Shown: in pieces, positions 1 through 11,100 of the stretch
How the letters are laid out: each line of letters begins with the position of its first letter
Numbering within the stretch: the first letter of the stretch is position 1
Source: Macrostomum lignano
Taxonomy: Eukaryota
Assembly (NCBI GenBank): GCA_002269645.1
Contig: NIVC01003962.1
Location: 1 to 64,000 of the forward strand
Direction of reading: 5' to 3'
DNA: 64,000 nt
Program-made: the position numbers and the translations under genes
Notes under the pieces: generated by a model
Database searches by the model: none
What the model was told of the DNA's origin: nothing
What the model saw: only the letters and a program-made list of their open reading frames with translations

Positions 1-617
1 TCGACGTAAGGTTCAGTAGAAAAGCAATAAATAAAGTCTCAGTTTGTCGAACTGCCAGCATCCAAGAAGTTTCAGAGCGTTGGAAGTTGTTCATTATTCA
101 ATAAAATGCTATGTAAAACTTGATGTATTATAAATGTATAATTTTTTTGCAGAAATTAAAGACAACTTAAATAGTTGTAGTTGTGTTGTGTTTTGTTATC
201 CCTAGCAGGAGTTTTTAACTGTTGACTTTCATTGAATTTACGCCTAATATTGCACTTTCATGTCACACATAAATCACAGAATACTTATTGAATTCTATAC
301 TAATTTCCTGTAATAAATGCAAATATATATGTCAGTGTCATCGGTTGTCTGTACCAGTCAATATGCTGTCTACTCGTAACTCCGTTATCAATGAAGTTTC
401 GTGGATTTTGTGGATGCTGAATAGACAGAAAAAACGATACATTTTTGGAACTGATTAGAAATCCAAATAATAGAGATTTTGTTTCAACAAAATTATTTTA
501 CTAATTTTAATTAGAAGTTAACAGCGAAAAAATTTCTGATATATACATATCGGAAGCTAAGTTTCAGCCTCTGCCCTAAGCATTGAAAACGAAGTGATTC
601 AGAGTTTGTTAAAATCC

Positions 618-1138
618 TTCTCTGCCTTCCTCTTCTGCCTCTGCTCCCCACTCTGCCTCTGCCCCCACTCTGCCTCTGCCCCCCTCTGCCTCTGCCCCCC
701 TCTGCCTCTGCTCCCCACTCTGCCTCTGCCCCCACTCTGCTCTGCCCCCACTCTGCCTCTGCCCCCCTCTGCCTCTGCCCCCCTCTGCCTCTGCTCCCCA
801 CTCTGCCTCTGCCCCCACTCTGCCTCTGCCCCCCCTCTGCCTCTGCCCCCCCTCTGCCTCTGCTCCCCACTCTGCCTCTGCCCCCCTCTGCCTCTGCCCC
901 CCTCTGCCTCTGCTCCCCACTCTGCCTCTGCCCCCTCTGCCTCTGCCCCCCTCTGCCTCTGCCCCCCTCTGCCTCTGTTCCCCACTCTGCCTCTGCTCCC
1001 CACTTTGCCTCTGCTCCCCCTCTGCCTCTGCTCCCCACTCTGCCTCTGCTCCCCCTCTGCCTCTGCTCCCCACTCTGCTCTGCTCCCCTCTGCCTCTCCC
1101 CACTCTGCCTCTGCTGATCCCCCTGCCTCTCCCACTGC
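618..1138. repeat. Degenerate (ctctgc)/(ctctgcccc) purine-pyrimidine-asymmetric tandem repeat
   Basis: Directly visible; explains four overlapping low-complexity ORFs. Confidence 0.95.
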
Positions 1139-1559
1139 GTTTGCTAAACCCACCACCCCACCCTGACTGCCCCGGCCCTGGCAGTCAAATTCTAATTGGC
1201 TGCCGCACTACATTGTTGTTAGCCGTTTTACGTGCAGTCCCTGCAGTGTCACCTCCTAGCATATCAGGTACCTCTCTACCCTAAGCTTGCCCTGATTGGC
1301 CGGCTGCTTATGGCGGTTGCGGGTCGGTGCACTGCGGATTAAAGGGTCTTGACCAAATATATACTTATTCGCGCAGTGAGCCAGGGGAGACAATCTGGAA
1401 TCTATAATCGCTCAGTGTCACAACTACAATACATGTAGATTTAAGACTATTGTTTCAAGCGTATCTTTAGCATGGACAACTAAAGCAACGTATATACAGG
1501 ACGCGAAACTCACGTTTCATGGAAAAAAAGTTTTGAAGGCCACTTTTCGTCGAAAAATA

Positions 1560-2055
1560 CACTACGGGGATAAGAAATTTTCACTTTTTCATTATTAAAA
1601 TTGTATTTGCTTTTGGTAGTAGGCAGACCCAATGTTCATCTTTTGATATGTTGTGCCTTTTTTACAGCTCTATTGACGTTTGTAAAGCTTTTTGTTCAGA
1701 AAACTATGATTCTGTGTTAATTTTTATTCTACGTACAACTGCACATGTCCTGTGTCTAAAAACGATTAAAGTGGCACAGCTCGGCTTATTGGTTTTATGA
1801 ATCTATTTTGTCATTCTTATAGCTGACTGTGTAGCAGTATGTGTAGCATTTTTTAGCATTTTTAGGTGCAGGTAATGTACGTAGAATGCAAAAATAACAT
1901 ATAGAATCCTAATTTTCTAAACAAAAGCTATATAATTATCAATAGGGCTATAGGAAAGGCACAACATATCAAAAGATAAACATTGGGTCTGCCTCTTATC
2001 GAAAGCAATAACAATTGTAATATGTAAAAAGTGAAAACTTCCTATTTCCGTAGTG
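1560..2055. mobile_element. Foldback/MITE with about 100-bp imperfect TIRs and CACTA termini
   Basis: 1560-1661 (cactacggggataagaaattttcactttttc...ggcagacccaatgttcatcttttgatatgttgtgcctt) is the reverse complement, roughly 85% by eye, of 1953-2055 (...ccgtagtg). No clean TSD. Confidence 0.8.
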
Positions 2056-2645
2056 TTGTTTCTTTCTACGTCCCACGGCTCATCCGGTTCCTCCGGGCCA
2101 CCAAACGAGCCTCCGTCTTCCCCACCGAGGACAACGCTGCAGACAGGACCGGCAGACCTCCCAGACCGGCCCCTCGCCCTAGCCTATGCGGGTCTCTCAG
2201 GGATTAGCGGAATGGCGACGCTCGCCTCCCCGCTGAGTCTTCGGACCGCCCTGCAGCTAAGTCAAGTAAGTCAAAAGGCCTTTAAAACAGTTTCCATAGA
2301 TTTCGAGTGTTGCGTTCTTCTACTTTAGTAGTTCTTGATCTTTATCTGACAGGCGATTACAAATTGCAACTTTCTGCATCAATAACGTACTATAAGGCTT
2401 ACAAGCTATTTCTTGAATTTCAGTTTTAGGAAAGCAAAATACCAAGGTACATATAAACGCATTTTGGCTTAGTAACATCCTTCTATAGATCACTATTCCT
2501 CAACATATTCGTCCAGAGGTAAGGAAATTTCTGTCTAACAGCAAGGCAGTGTATTAAGGCGGCTCTTGAAGTAATTTTTGCTCTCTTGAAATGCCGCCCT
2601 TCATACTGCAGCAGTTCCACCATATGCTGTACATGCATATAGCTG
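2054..2645 (+). other. Possible small exons of an unidentified plus-strand transcript
   Basis: GC-rich block 2054-2265 ends at caa|GTAAGT. Short AG..GT-flanked open segments follow at about 2490-2519 (ITIPQHIRPE|gtaagg) and about 2612-2644 (QFHHMLYMHIA|gtaagg). No recognisable homology. Confidence 0.25.
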
Positions 2646-3475
2646 TAAGGTATTATTCCAGCTAAGGGGTGCACAGGGATTCACATTGCCTACATGCCCT
2701 CTGCCCCAGCCTCGCTGGAAGCACACATTATTTAGGCCAATCCGATCAATCATTCTGACCGTGCCGAAGATCTTCTTTTTAGCTGCAGTCCATCTGTGAG
2801 CCACTCGCATGCAGTGCTCTCGCTGCGTGGGCCTTTCACTGCTTTTCTTTTTTTTTGAAGCCGGTTTGCTGCTCTCTTAGCAAAGTATAACAAACTATCA
2901 ATTAAATGATTGCAAAAACAATAACTTTTATATGTAAGGAAACATACTAAAATTTATTAATAGACAATTAAATGAGCAATACTGTTAAGGTTTTATCTGT
3001 CCAAATAGCGGTAAAAATGGTATCAACGTGAGTCAAAGGATCAAAAGAGTTCGCATTAATCCCATTTACAGGTACCAAAAAGTTAAAAACCGACGCCCAA
3101 ACGAAAACGCGAAAGTAAAAATGGCAGCACTTTATAGAACAGTAATGTACAATATATCAAGGGATAATACAAAAACATACCAAGCTGCATATTTTTGCTG
3201 AAACGTCGTTCGGTAAGATATTTATATTTAGTTCACGGATACACTTGCAAAATTATTCAGAGCAAGGCAATAGTCAACTTGCAATCCGTTAGGCCCATCA
3301 TACGAGTTACTGACCTCTAACAACGCGCACCTGACTTTCTCTTCGCAAGGCATGTACAAGCCGCGCACATGTGCACCGATGAAGCTATTCTGCTTCAAAG
3401 TCAACACCAATAATACAATGAACGGGGAACTCAGCCTTCTGAATGCGTGAAAAATTGCGGCCAAAATTATTCGGG

Positions 3476-5695
3476 TCAAGAAACAATCACCGGACGTCGA
3501 ACTGAACCCTCCCTCTCAGCTTGCATGATGAAGCTCCTGCTCTGCTGGGAGGCGCTGGCCGTTGGCAGGGCGCAGCAGTTGCCGCGGTCGAACAGCTGCT
3601 TGTACTTGAGCACCTCGCTGGCTGGCAGCTCTCCGTCCTCCATGGTTTGCTGCAGCATGGCGAACTTCGACTTGCCGTCCTTCTCATGCCGCGTCACCTC
3701 CTTCGGCTTCGTGGCCATCAGGTAGGCGAGCTCGACGAACTCGAAGAAGGTGAGCAGCGAGACGCCGGCGTAGAGGCCGAAGATGCCGCCGATCTCCGAC
3801 AGCGCCTCGGCGAACGAGTAGCTCTCGACCTCTTCGTTGAGCGTTCCCGTCGGGCTGTCGGCGTGGATGGCCACCTTGAGGAAGCTCTTGCGAATGAGGA
3901 ACTCGTCCACGGTCCAGTTGAACGACTTGATAGTCTTTGAGCCGATCGCCTGCTCGGGCGTCGTCCCGACGATGTCGCGGATCGGGTAGACTCTCGTGTT
4001 CTTCAGGATGCTGTTGTAGGACCGGTTGCCGACGCTCTCGTGCAGGAAGGCGGGAATCACGTACTGGTCGACGAGGAACATGATGTCGCGCTGGCTGGGC
4101 CACGCTGAGCTGCCCATCTTCACGTCGTATTCGTCGCCAGTGCACGGCTGGAAGCGCTGCGAGTCGCTGAAGTAGGTGAGGATGTTCTTCTTCAGCTGGT
4201 TCTGGTAGACTCTGTCGTGGCAGTGGACTCGCTCGAGAGTGCGTCGGATCTCCACTGGGTCCGTGCCGTTTCTGCAAAAGTAGCACAGCTTCGAGTTGAA
4301 GTGCGAGAACGGGACCACGTGGGTGTAGCAGCTGCAGCTCGACCAGAACAGGTCCTGGACTCGAGTCACTACGTAGTCGAGTCGATCGCGCTTGAACTTC
4401 TTGAAGTTCGGTGGCGGTCTCTTGGTGGTGTACCTCACATCGACGCCAGGGTAGTAGGAAACGTACTCCACCTCCTCATCGGCGGCGTCCTCGGAGGTTT
4501 CTCGGCACGGGAAATCCGGCCGGTTCTTGGAAATCTTGCGCTCCATTGAGAAGACGACTTTGGAGTAGTCTCCGTTGCCAACGATCACGCTGTTCATGTC
4601 CATGTGGGGGTAAGTTCCTTTCTCGTGGAGAATGACCCGAATTCCATCGGGCTCCATTTTATCGCCTGCCAGCAGCTGGTTCAGAGACAGATTGTAGTTC
4701 ACCAGGTAGCGCTCTAAATAGTTTGACTTATCACCGTTTGAACTGTCTTTACCGTTATTTTCCTCATCGTAGAAGCCCTTTGTCGTTGTCAATGCGTTAC
4801 TAGCGTGAATATTTCTGAGGTGTGAATTGGTGTACATGATGAGGTTCAAGCCCTCGTCTTCGTTGCCGCTGTACACGCGCCTGTCTTCCTCCTCCTCTCC
4901 GTCGAATTTTGGCGTGAATGTGTAGCAGTTCCAGTAGTCGATGTTTTGAACCATTTTGAACTGCTTGTTAGAGCAGGGACGACTTTTATACCTGCAGTAG
5001 ACTAGAAATAGGTCGTCGTCGTGAGCCAGGTCTCTTGTGTCCTCGGATGCCCAGAAAATTTGAAAGAACTTCCTGGCCATTTTAAATCTATCCTTGGTGC
5101 TGTTGTCCATTCCGGCTGAGGCTTTGATGAAGCCGCGAAAGAATCTCCAGTATTTTCTAATGTGACCCCTGATCTCACCGGCTCCGTGGTTCTGCACCGA
5201 CTCCGAGATCGGGTACATGTTGCAGAGGGTCACGTCTGGAAAATTCACGTGGACTCCACCGTTTAGAATGACGGAATTAACTGGAGTTTCGTTGTAGTTG
5301 GCCACAATGAAGTAGATGTGAATGCCGCAGGCAAAGCATCCAACGATAGTGATGAGGAGCCAAAATAACTTTCGTCTGACATCTGTGGACTGGTACATGT
5401 GGCCCAGGCCGTGTACCGTGGTTCGATGCCCGTAGTCGTTGAACTCGCTGATCAACAACTTGACTGTTTCAGAGGATTTTTTCTTCTTTCGCTGGTCCAT
5501 ACGCGCCTGCTGAGGTCGATAGGCAGCAGGTTGTGCAGCTGGTTGTTGCTGCTGTATGATGCCTTCTTGTGGTTGCTGAGCCGTCGATTGGGGCGAAATC
5601 TGCGACGCCTGCTGCGAGGCTTGCTGCGATCTGTGATCGCTTGCTTCTTCAGCATTGCTGCTGTTTCCATCAGGCATGATCGGCTGCAGTATCAT
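3476..5695 (-). CDS. Degenerin/ENaC/ASIC-family amiloride-sensitive channel subunit, single exon, 739 aa
   Basis: Uninterrupted ORF. Pre-M1 HG motif (TTVHGLGH), TM1 (RRKLFWLLITIVGC), FPDVTLCN, WNCYTF, GIRVILH, SAWPS and TM2 with selectivity filter (EALSEIGGIFGLYAGVSLLTFFEFVE) are all DEG/ENaC hallmarks. Orthology below family level cannot be resolved by eye. Confidence 0.96.
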   Translation of the reverse strand: MILQPIMPDGNSSNAEEASDHRSQQASQQASQISPQSTAQQPQEGIIQQQQPAAQPAAYRPQQARMDQRKKKKSSETVKLLISEFNDYGHRTTVHGLGHMYQSTDVRRKLFWLLITIVGCFACGIHIYFIVANYNETPVNSVILNGGVHVNFPDVTLCNMYPISESVQNHGAGEIRGHIRKYWRFFRGFIKASAGMDNSTKDRFKMARKFFQIFWASEDTRDLAHDDDLFLVYCRYKSRPCSNKQFKMVQNIDYWNCYTFTPKFDGEEEEDRRVYSGNEDEGLNLIMYTNSHLRNIHASNALTTTKGFYDEENNGKDSSNGDKSNYLERYLVNYNLSLNQLLAGDKMEPDGIRVILHEKGTYPHMDMNSVIVGNGDYSKVVFSMERKISKNRPDFPCRETSEDAADEEVEYVSYYPGVDVRYTTKRPPPNFKKFKRDRLDYVVTRVQDLFWSSCSCYTHVVPFSHFNSKLCYFCRNGTDPVEIRRTLERVHCHDRVYQNQLKKNILTYFSDSQRFQPCTGDEYDVKMGSSAWPSQRDIMFLVDQYVIPAFLHESVGNRSYNSILKNTRVYPIRDIVGTTPEQAIGSKTIKSFNWTVDEFLIRKSFLKVAIHADSPTGTLNEEVESYSFAEALSEIGGIFGLYAGVSLLTFFEFVELAYLMATKPKEVTRHEKDGKSKFAMLQQTMEDGELPASEVLKYKQLFDRGNCCALPTASASQQSRSFIMQAEREGSVRRPVIVS

Positions 5696-6529
5696 GTCCG
5701 CAGTCTTTTCTTACAATCCGATTGACAGACTGCAAAACTGAGAAACGGTTTTGGTTTATTTATCTCGCGCAACGCGATGGATGCAGTCGAGGGTGATGCA
5801 AGAACTGTGCGAACAGTTATTTCGCCAGGGTTCCCGGTTGAAAACAACGTCGATAGAGTCGGAGGGAAAGAGGGGCTGAAGGCCAGTATGTTGGTACGAT
5901 GCCTCGTGTTCATTGGTAGCCGGCAGAATCGTTCGGGGCTGAGGATGTTCAGGATTGAAAGGTTTTAGAAGTTTTTTACCTTCGGCGCGTACATCGGCGT
6001 GACGCATCTGTGCACGCAGCTTACTACTAGTTACGGTTCCGAACGCTGCATACATGTAGTAGCTTTTATCGGAAGATCGGTGTACGAAAAATACATTCGC
6101 TAGTACGCTAGTGCAGTCGATGCTGCGGAAAAGTCAATGCCGCATCTACCTTGAAGTAGTCAAGTTTACAGGTTTGTCCTAGTCAATTCACAGGTACGTA
6201 TTATCAAAGCTATTAAATAAGCCAGCCGATCTCTATACCGATACGTGTTAAGCTGTATAAACACGGATTACGCAAAACTTGACGTTATTTGATGGCGTAC
6301 GTGCATAATATATCACCTCTAAATGAGGTTACCTTTGCGTGTTTTTGGCTGGAGTGATTTGATGGCGAGGTGAACGAGTACTAAAAGATATATTTAAAAA
6401 ACGACCTTTCACTGTACATGTTTCTCATACACTTTGGGCTGCAATCGGAGAAAGGGATGTACAAGGTTATAACCACGATTCTGAATTTTTTAGGAACCCA
6501 AACTTGGATCCTTATAAACACCAGACATC

Positions 6530-7006
6530 AGAAGCGCAATAGCCAGGATTTGTATGAGGCGCCATCGAGAACGCCCGCACCAGAGGCTCCATTGTGAGTG
6601 CCAGCACCAAAAGGTGCCGCAGCTGATGTGAAGGGGTACTTTACTCAAAGTCCACTATTTTAGTAGGACCATAGGACCATGGAGACAGGCGTACTTATGG
6701 CTTGCTCAAAAAGCTCGCAAGCTGACCTAGTTATTCTAGTATCTGTGGCTAATACCCAGACGGTTGCCAAACTTTTCTTCTGCAGAGAAGGAGTTACGCT
6801 CGAATAAGTGGGACTTTGCAACTTTGCAATCAATCCTAAGAGTGACCATAAAATCGTTTGAGAAGCTGTCTTTTGCGTAAAGTTATAAGAGATCGTAAAC
6901 TAAGTTGCGTTGAGCAAGCCATAAGTGCGGCTTCCCTAATCCCTATCCGACGCCCAAGGTCCGACGTAAGTAGTTTTCGTAAAAGACCTCCTGGCTACGC
7001 GCCTCT
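6530..7006. mobile_element. Non-autonomous DNA element (MITE) with AGRGGCGCGTAGCCAGG-type TIRs
   Basis: Left end agaagcgcaatagccagg and right end cctggctacgcgcctct are inverted copies. TSD not evident. Confidence 0.55.
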
Positions 7007-8131
7007 ACAGAACACCCCGACCAGAAACAATTACACTGTAAATACAGTACGTGGATGCAACATTAATATGCGTGTCGCTACTTAACATATACACGTATAT
7101 GTAGCTACAATCGCGCCGTCCTTGACATGCCTACATCAACCTCGTCATGCATACTAAAAAGAAAACTTTTACTTCTTGCTAGAATAACACAGTTAGACGT
7201 GTACATGCGCACGCATCTGCAGTAGAAATGGGAATCTGCAGCATCATTGTGAGAAAAAACAGGAAAAGGCCTCCCCTGTCCGGGCTCGATGGAACGAAAA
7301 TGTCAGTCTAATTACTGAATGAACTGGGGCGCTTCCAACAGGCTATCTGTAAGCCCACGCGTACATGTATATAAGCCCCGGGGATTCTAAAACATACATG
7401 CACATATAGAAGCTACACGTCAAGAGGAAAATGGAGAGGGCTCTTCCAACTGTTAGTGCGGCTATATTGCCCATGATATTCTAGGTGCCGCGTGGCTTGC
7501 AGACCAGCTTCACCAACAACATCGGTGCTTGGATCTGTTCGGGAGGAAAACTGAGATAAAAAAGGAAAAATCTCTTTCCGATAAATTCGCTTCCTACTGC
7601 CCGACAACCAGTCATTCAGCATGAGCCTAGATCTAGAGGATCAGGGACCAGTGAGGATTGCCATGCCATGCCTAAAGCTATTTTCTGGTGTGGAAAATTA
7701 ACTTTGCACTTTAATATTGTGCAACTGCCGGCAATATTAATTGTCACGGTATAAATATATTATAGGACCCGTATTTCAGCAAGTCAAGGATGTTTATATA
7801 AAAAAAGGAGACAGCAGACACAAGCAGGCCATTGTAAACTTTGCTTGTAGCAAACTGTTTTCCTCCAGAAAGCAGACGACGTTCTGCAGCAGACAGACTT
7901 TTCCTAGCTAATGTGTGCTCCGTGTGTATTTTTACTGCATAGAATATACATGCACATTTCACTGTGTGCACCACACTGCAGCACAACGGCCAGGTAATAA
8001 AAATTGCATCTGATGCATAAGGTTAGCGATGCATCAGACATCAAATATTTCTGCATCTAACAGGAAAAAAATTCCCAAGAAAAATATAATCAACCAATTC
8101 ATATCAGTTTATAAGTACACATTAACGAGTT

Positions 8132-11100
8132 TTAGTCCAAGAACACTAAAAGAAGTTTTGCCGCACTTAAAGCATCAAATGTTAGCGGCAAATTTAAGAG
8201 TTCTTGAATTCCTTCGCAGCGATCTTTAGGAAGACAGGCAGCCACTTGGTTAGTTGAATCACTGATCAGCTCGTTGAGAAGATCGCTAGCGACAACCAGA
8301 TCGTGAGCGACTAGCCAATTTTGGACAACTTTGGTATCTTTAGCTTTACCAATCCATTGATTTAAGCGACGTCGAAAAATGAACGATAGAAGGTCAAACC
8401 ACTTTGGAATGTTCAGACCGCTGTGCGCCAGCAGTAGTGACTGTAATAAAAGTTAATTGGATCAGTGGTAATAATGATCATATTCGCAGAAGAGCTGTAG
8501 GCACCCTTGGCCTAACGCCTTCGGCGACATCATCCTACAACCAGCGTCAACGTTATTTCTGAACATTCCGTTCACTTCTTGAGCACACACAAGCGCGCCA
8601 ATACTGTACACATTAACCAGTCAGGCTCATTGGGAAATAGCTGAGATGTCAAGACTTATGAAGAGATTGCTGAACTGCTGTGGCTCATGGTGGGGAGTTG
8701 CTGAGATGCCAAGAGTCAATTGGGAGTTGTTGGTAGGTTACACATTAATTTCCTTAGAATGCTAACGATAGCGACTGTAAAAGATCAAAAGCCGCATGTA
8801 TAGTTTATCCCAAAAACGTGCTAGTTTTCCACTAGAAAGCAACACACCTGAGCGGCCTCATCAAAGCCAGGCGTATCTCGAACGTCGCTCAGGGATTGTA
8901 AAACGTCAGTTAAATCCATCAACAATCGGTCATGACAATGTCGAGCATTGCAAGCGTTGAACCAATTGTGATTGATGCTGATGCAGGCTTCCAAATTGGC
9001 CACTTGATGATGCCAGCCAGATGGGACAAACAGAACGTCTCCTGGCTCTTGTAGCAACCGGATCCCGGATAGACTTGAGAGCGTTTCACTGCTGCATTCT
9101 CCCAGATCCCAGGGCAAACGGTTTCTACAGAGCAGCTTTTTCTCTTGACCTGGCGGTAGCAGAATCCACAGCTTCCTGCCTGCAATGTTGGCCGACCAAC
9201 TGTAGGAACCGAACACGTCGCAGTGAAATGGCGTCCTGAAGTATTTGAGTCGGAATTGTTTCTCCAAGTTAATCGATAACTCATTTCCCATATCAGTTAA
9301 TATGATACTTCGTAAGGATTTGAGAGCAATTTACTAAAATAAAAAAATTCTTCTTCACAAGATTTGAATCTCAATGTGGTTTGATAAAAATTTCAGAATC
9401 TTCGTTCTTTAAGTGATTCTCAAGAGTGCTCAGTTTTGATTCTCAAGTCCTCAAGAGAGTGCTCAAGAGTGATTCTCAAGAGTGCTTAATAGAGATTTTT
9501 AAAAGTGCTCAATAGCGATTCTCTAGAATGCTCAATAGTGGTTTCAAGAGTGCTTAATAGTGGTTTCAAGAGTGCTCAATAGTGATTTCAAGAGTGCTCA
9601 ATAGAGATTCTCAAGAGTGCTCAATAGAGATTCTCAAGAGTGTTCAATAGTGATTCTCTGGTGTGATAAACAGTGATTATGAAGAGAGATTATTCACGTT
9701 TCAATATGCTTTTTTGATGCTTCAAAATTACAGTAGGAACGGATCGACAAATGCATTATTTGGTTTTCGAAGAATTAGAAAAAGAACGATTTTTTATGAT
9801 TTTAAAACAACCAACAAGTCAAACTCGGTCTCACCAAGAGTGCTGAGGTCCCAGGTACACAAACCGATAGTCGCTATCAGTCTGGTCTAGACAATATTCA
9901 TTCAGCCAATCAGATGTGAAACAGTCTGGCACTGTGTATGCGTGATAATCTGGATATAGCAATTGAAAATGCCAATCCTTCAAATACAGAATTTGATTAT
10001 GCTTTGCAGTTGCTTCTCCGAACTGCGAACTACTAATAGCCGACCAATATTCGCCAAAATAATCACTGGCCGACATGCGAATCACTGGGTGACTGTCGCA
10101 TTCTTCTCGATTGCACTGCGACACGGGCAGATCTCGGCTGTCTGAAGTTCCAATTGAAACAGTTAAGATTTTTTAAAGATTTCGAAAGATCTCAAAGATC
10201 TCTAGATGCGCGGCGCATTGAAGGCTGCGTACGGCTGTTCAGTCCAAGGACTGCTGGGGGTCGCCACACAGCCTCAATTACCCCAGCTAATGCTGGCACC
10301 CATTTTACAGCTGGGTGAACTGAAGCAATGCAGAGTTAAGTGTCCTACTTAAGGACACAAATTTTTTCGAGTGGATCGCGAAACCGTGAGTCCGATGCTA
10401 ATAGGACTAATAGGACAAGAATCACTCGCACACAGGGGCGTCGCCATGGATTTTATGGTGGGGGGACAAAGCCAATAATTATACATGTACATGACTAAAT
10501 TCTTGTATATGTACATTATTTTCAGAATCGGTGTTGTAGGCACTCATTTTAGCGCCGCAGGCACTCATTTTAGCGCCGCAGGCACTCATTTTAGCGCCGC
10601 AGGCACTCATTTTAGCGTCGCAGGCACTTATTTTAGCGTCGCAGGCACTCATTTTAGCGCCGCAGGCACTCATTTTAGCGTCGCAGGCACTCATTTTAGC
10701 GTCGCAGGCACTCATTTTAGCGCCGCAGGCACTCATTTTAGCGCCGCAGGCACTCATTTTAGCGTCGCAGGCACTCATTTTAGCGTCGCAGGCACTCATT
10801 TTAGCGTCGCAGGCACTCATTTTAGCGCCGCAGGCACTCATTTTAGCGCCGCAGGCACTCATTTTAGCGTCGCAGGCACTCATTTTAGCGTCGCAGGCAC
10901 TCATTTTAGCGTCGCAGGCACTCATTTTAGCGCCGCAGGCACTCATTTTAGCGCCGCAGGCACTCATTTTAGCGCCGCAGGCACTCATTTTAGCGTCGCA
11001 GGCACTCATTTTAGCGTCGCAGGCACTCATTTTAGCGTCGCAGGCACTCATTTTAGCGCCGCAGGCACTCATTTTAGCGCCGCAGGCACTCATTTTAGCG

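Noticed and set aside
511-1166. Overlapping 164-190-aa ORFs
   Set aside because: They arise from the ctctgc repeat on both strands and have no domain content.
2483-2810. Minus-strand ORFs faintly suggestive of a transposase fragment (AYGG)
   Set aside because: They are too short and have no convincing DDE motifs.
8500-8610. Possible extra JMJD4 exon in intron 4
   Set aside because: It has an in-frame stop, and direct splicing of 8848 to 8440 already gives a continuous JMJD4-like sequence.
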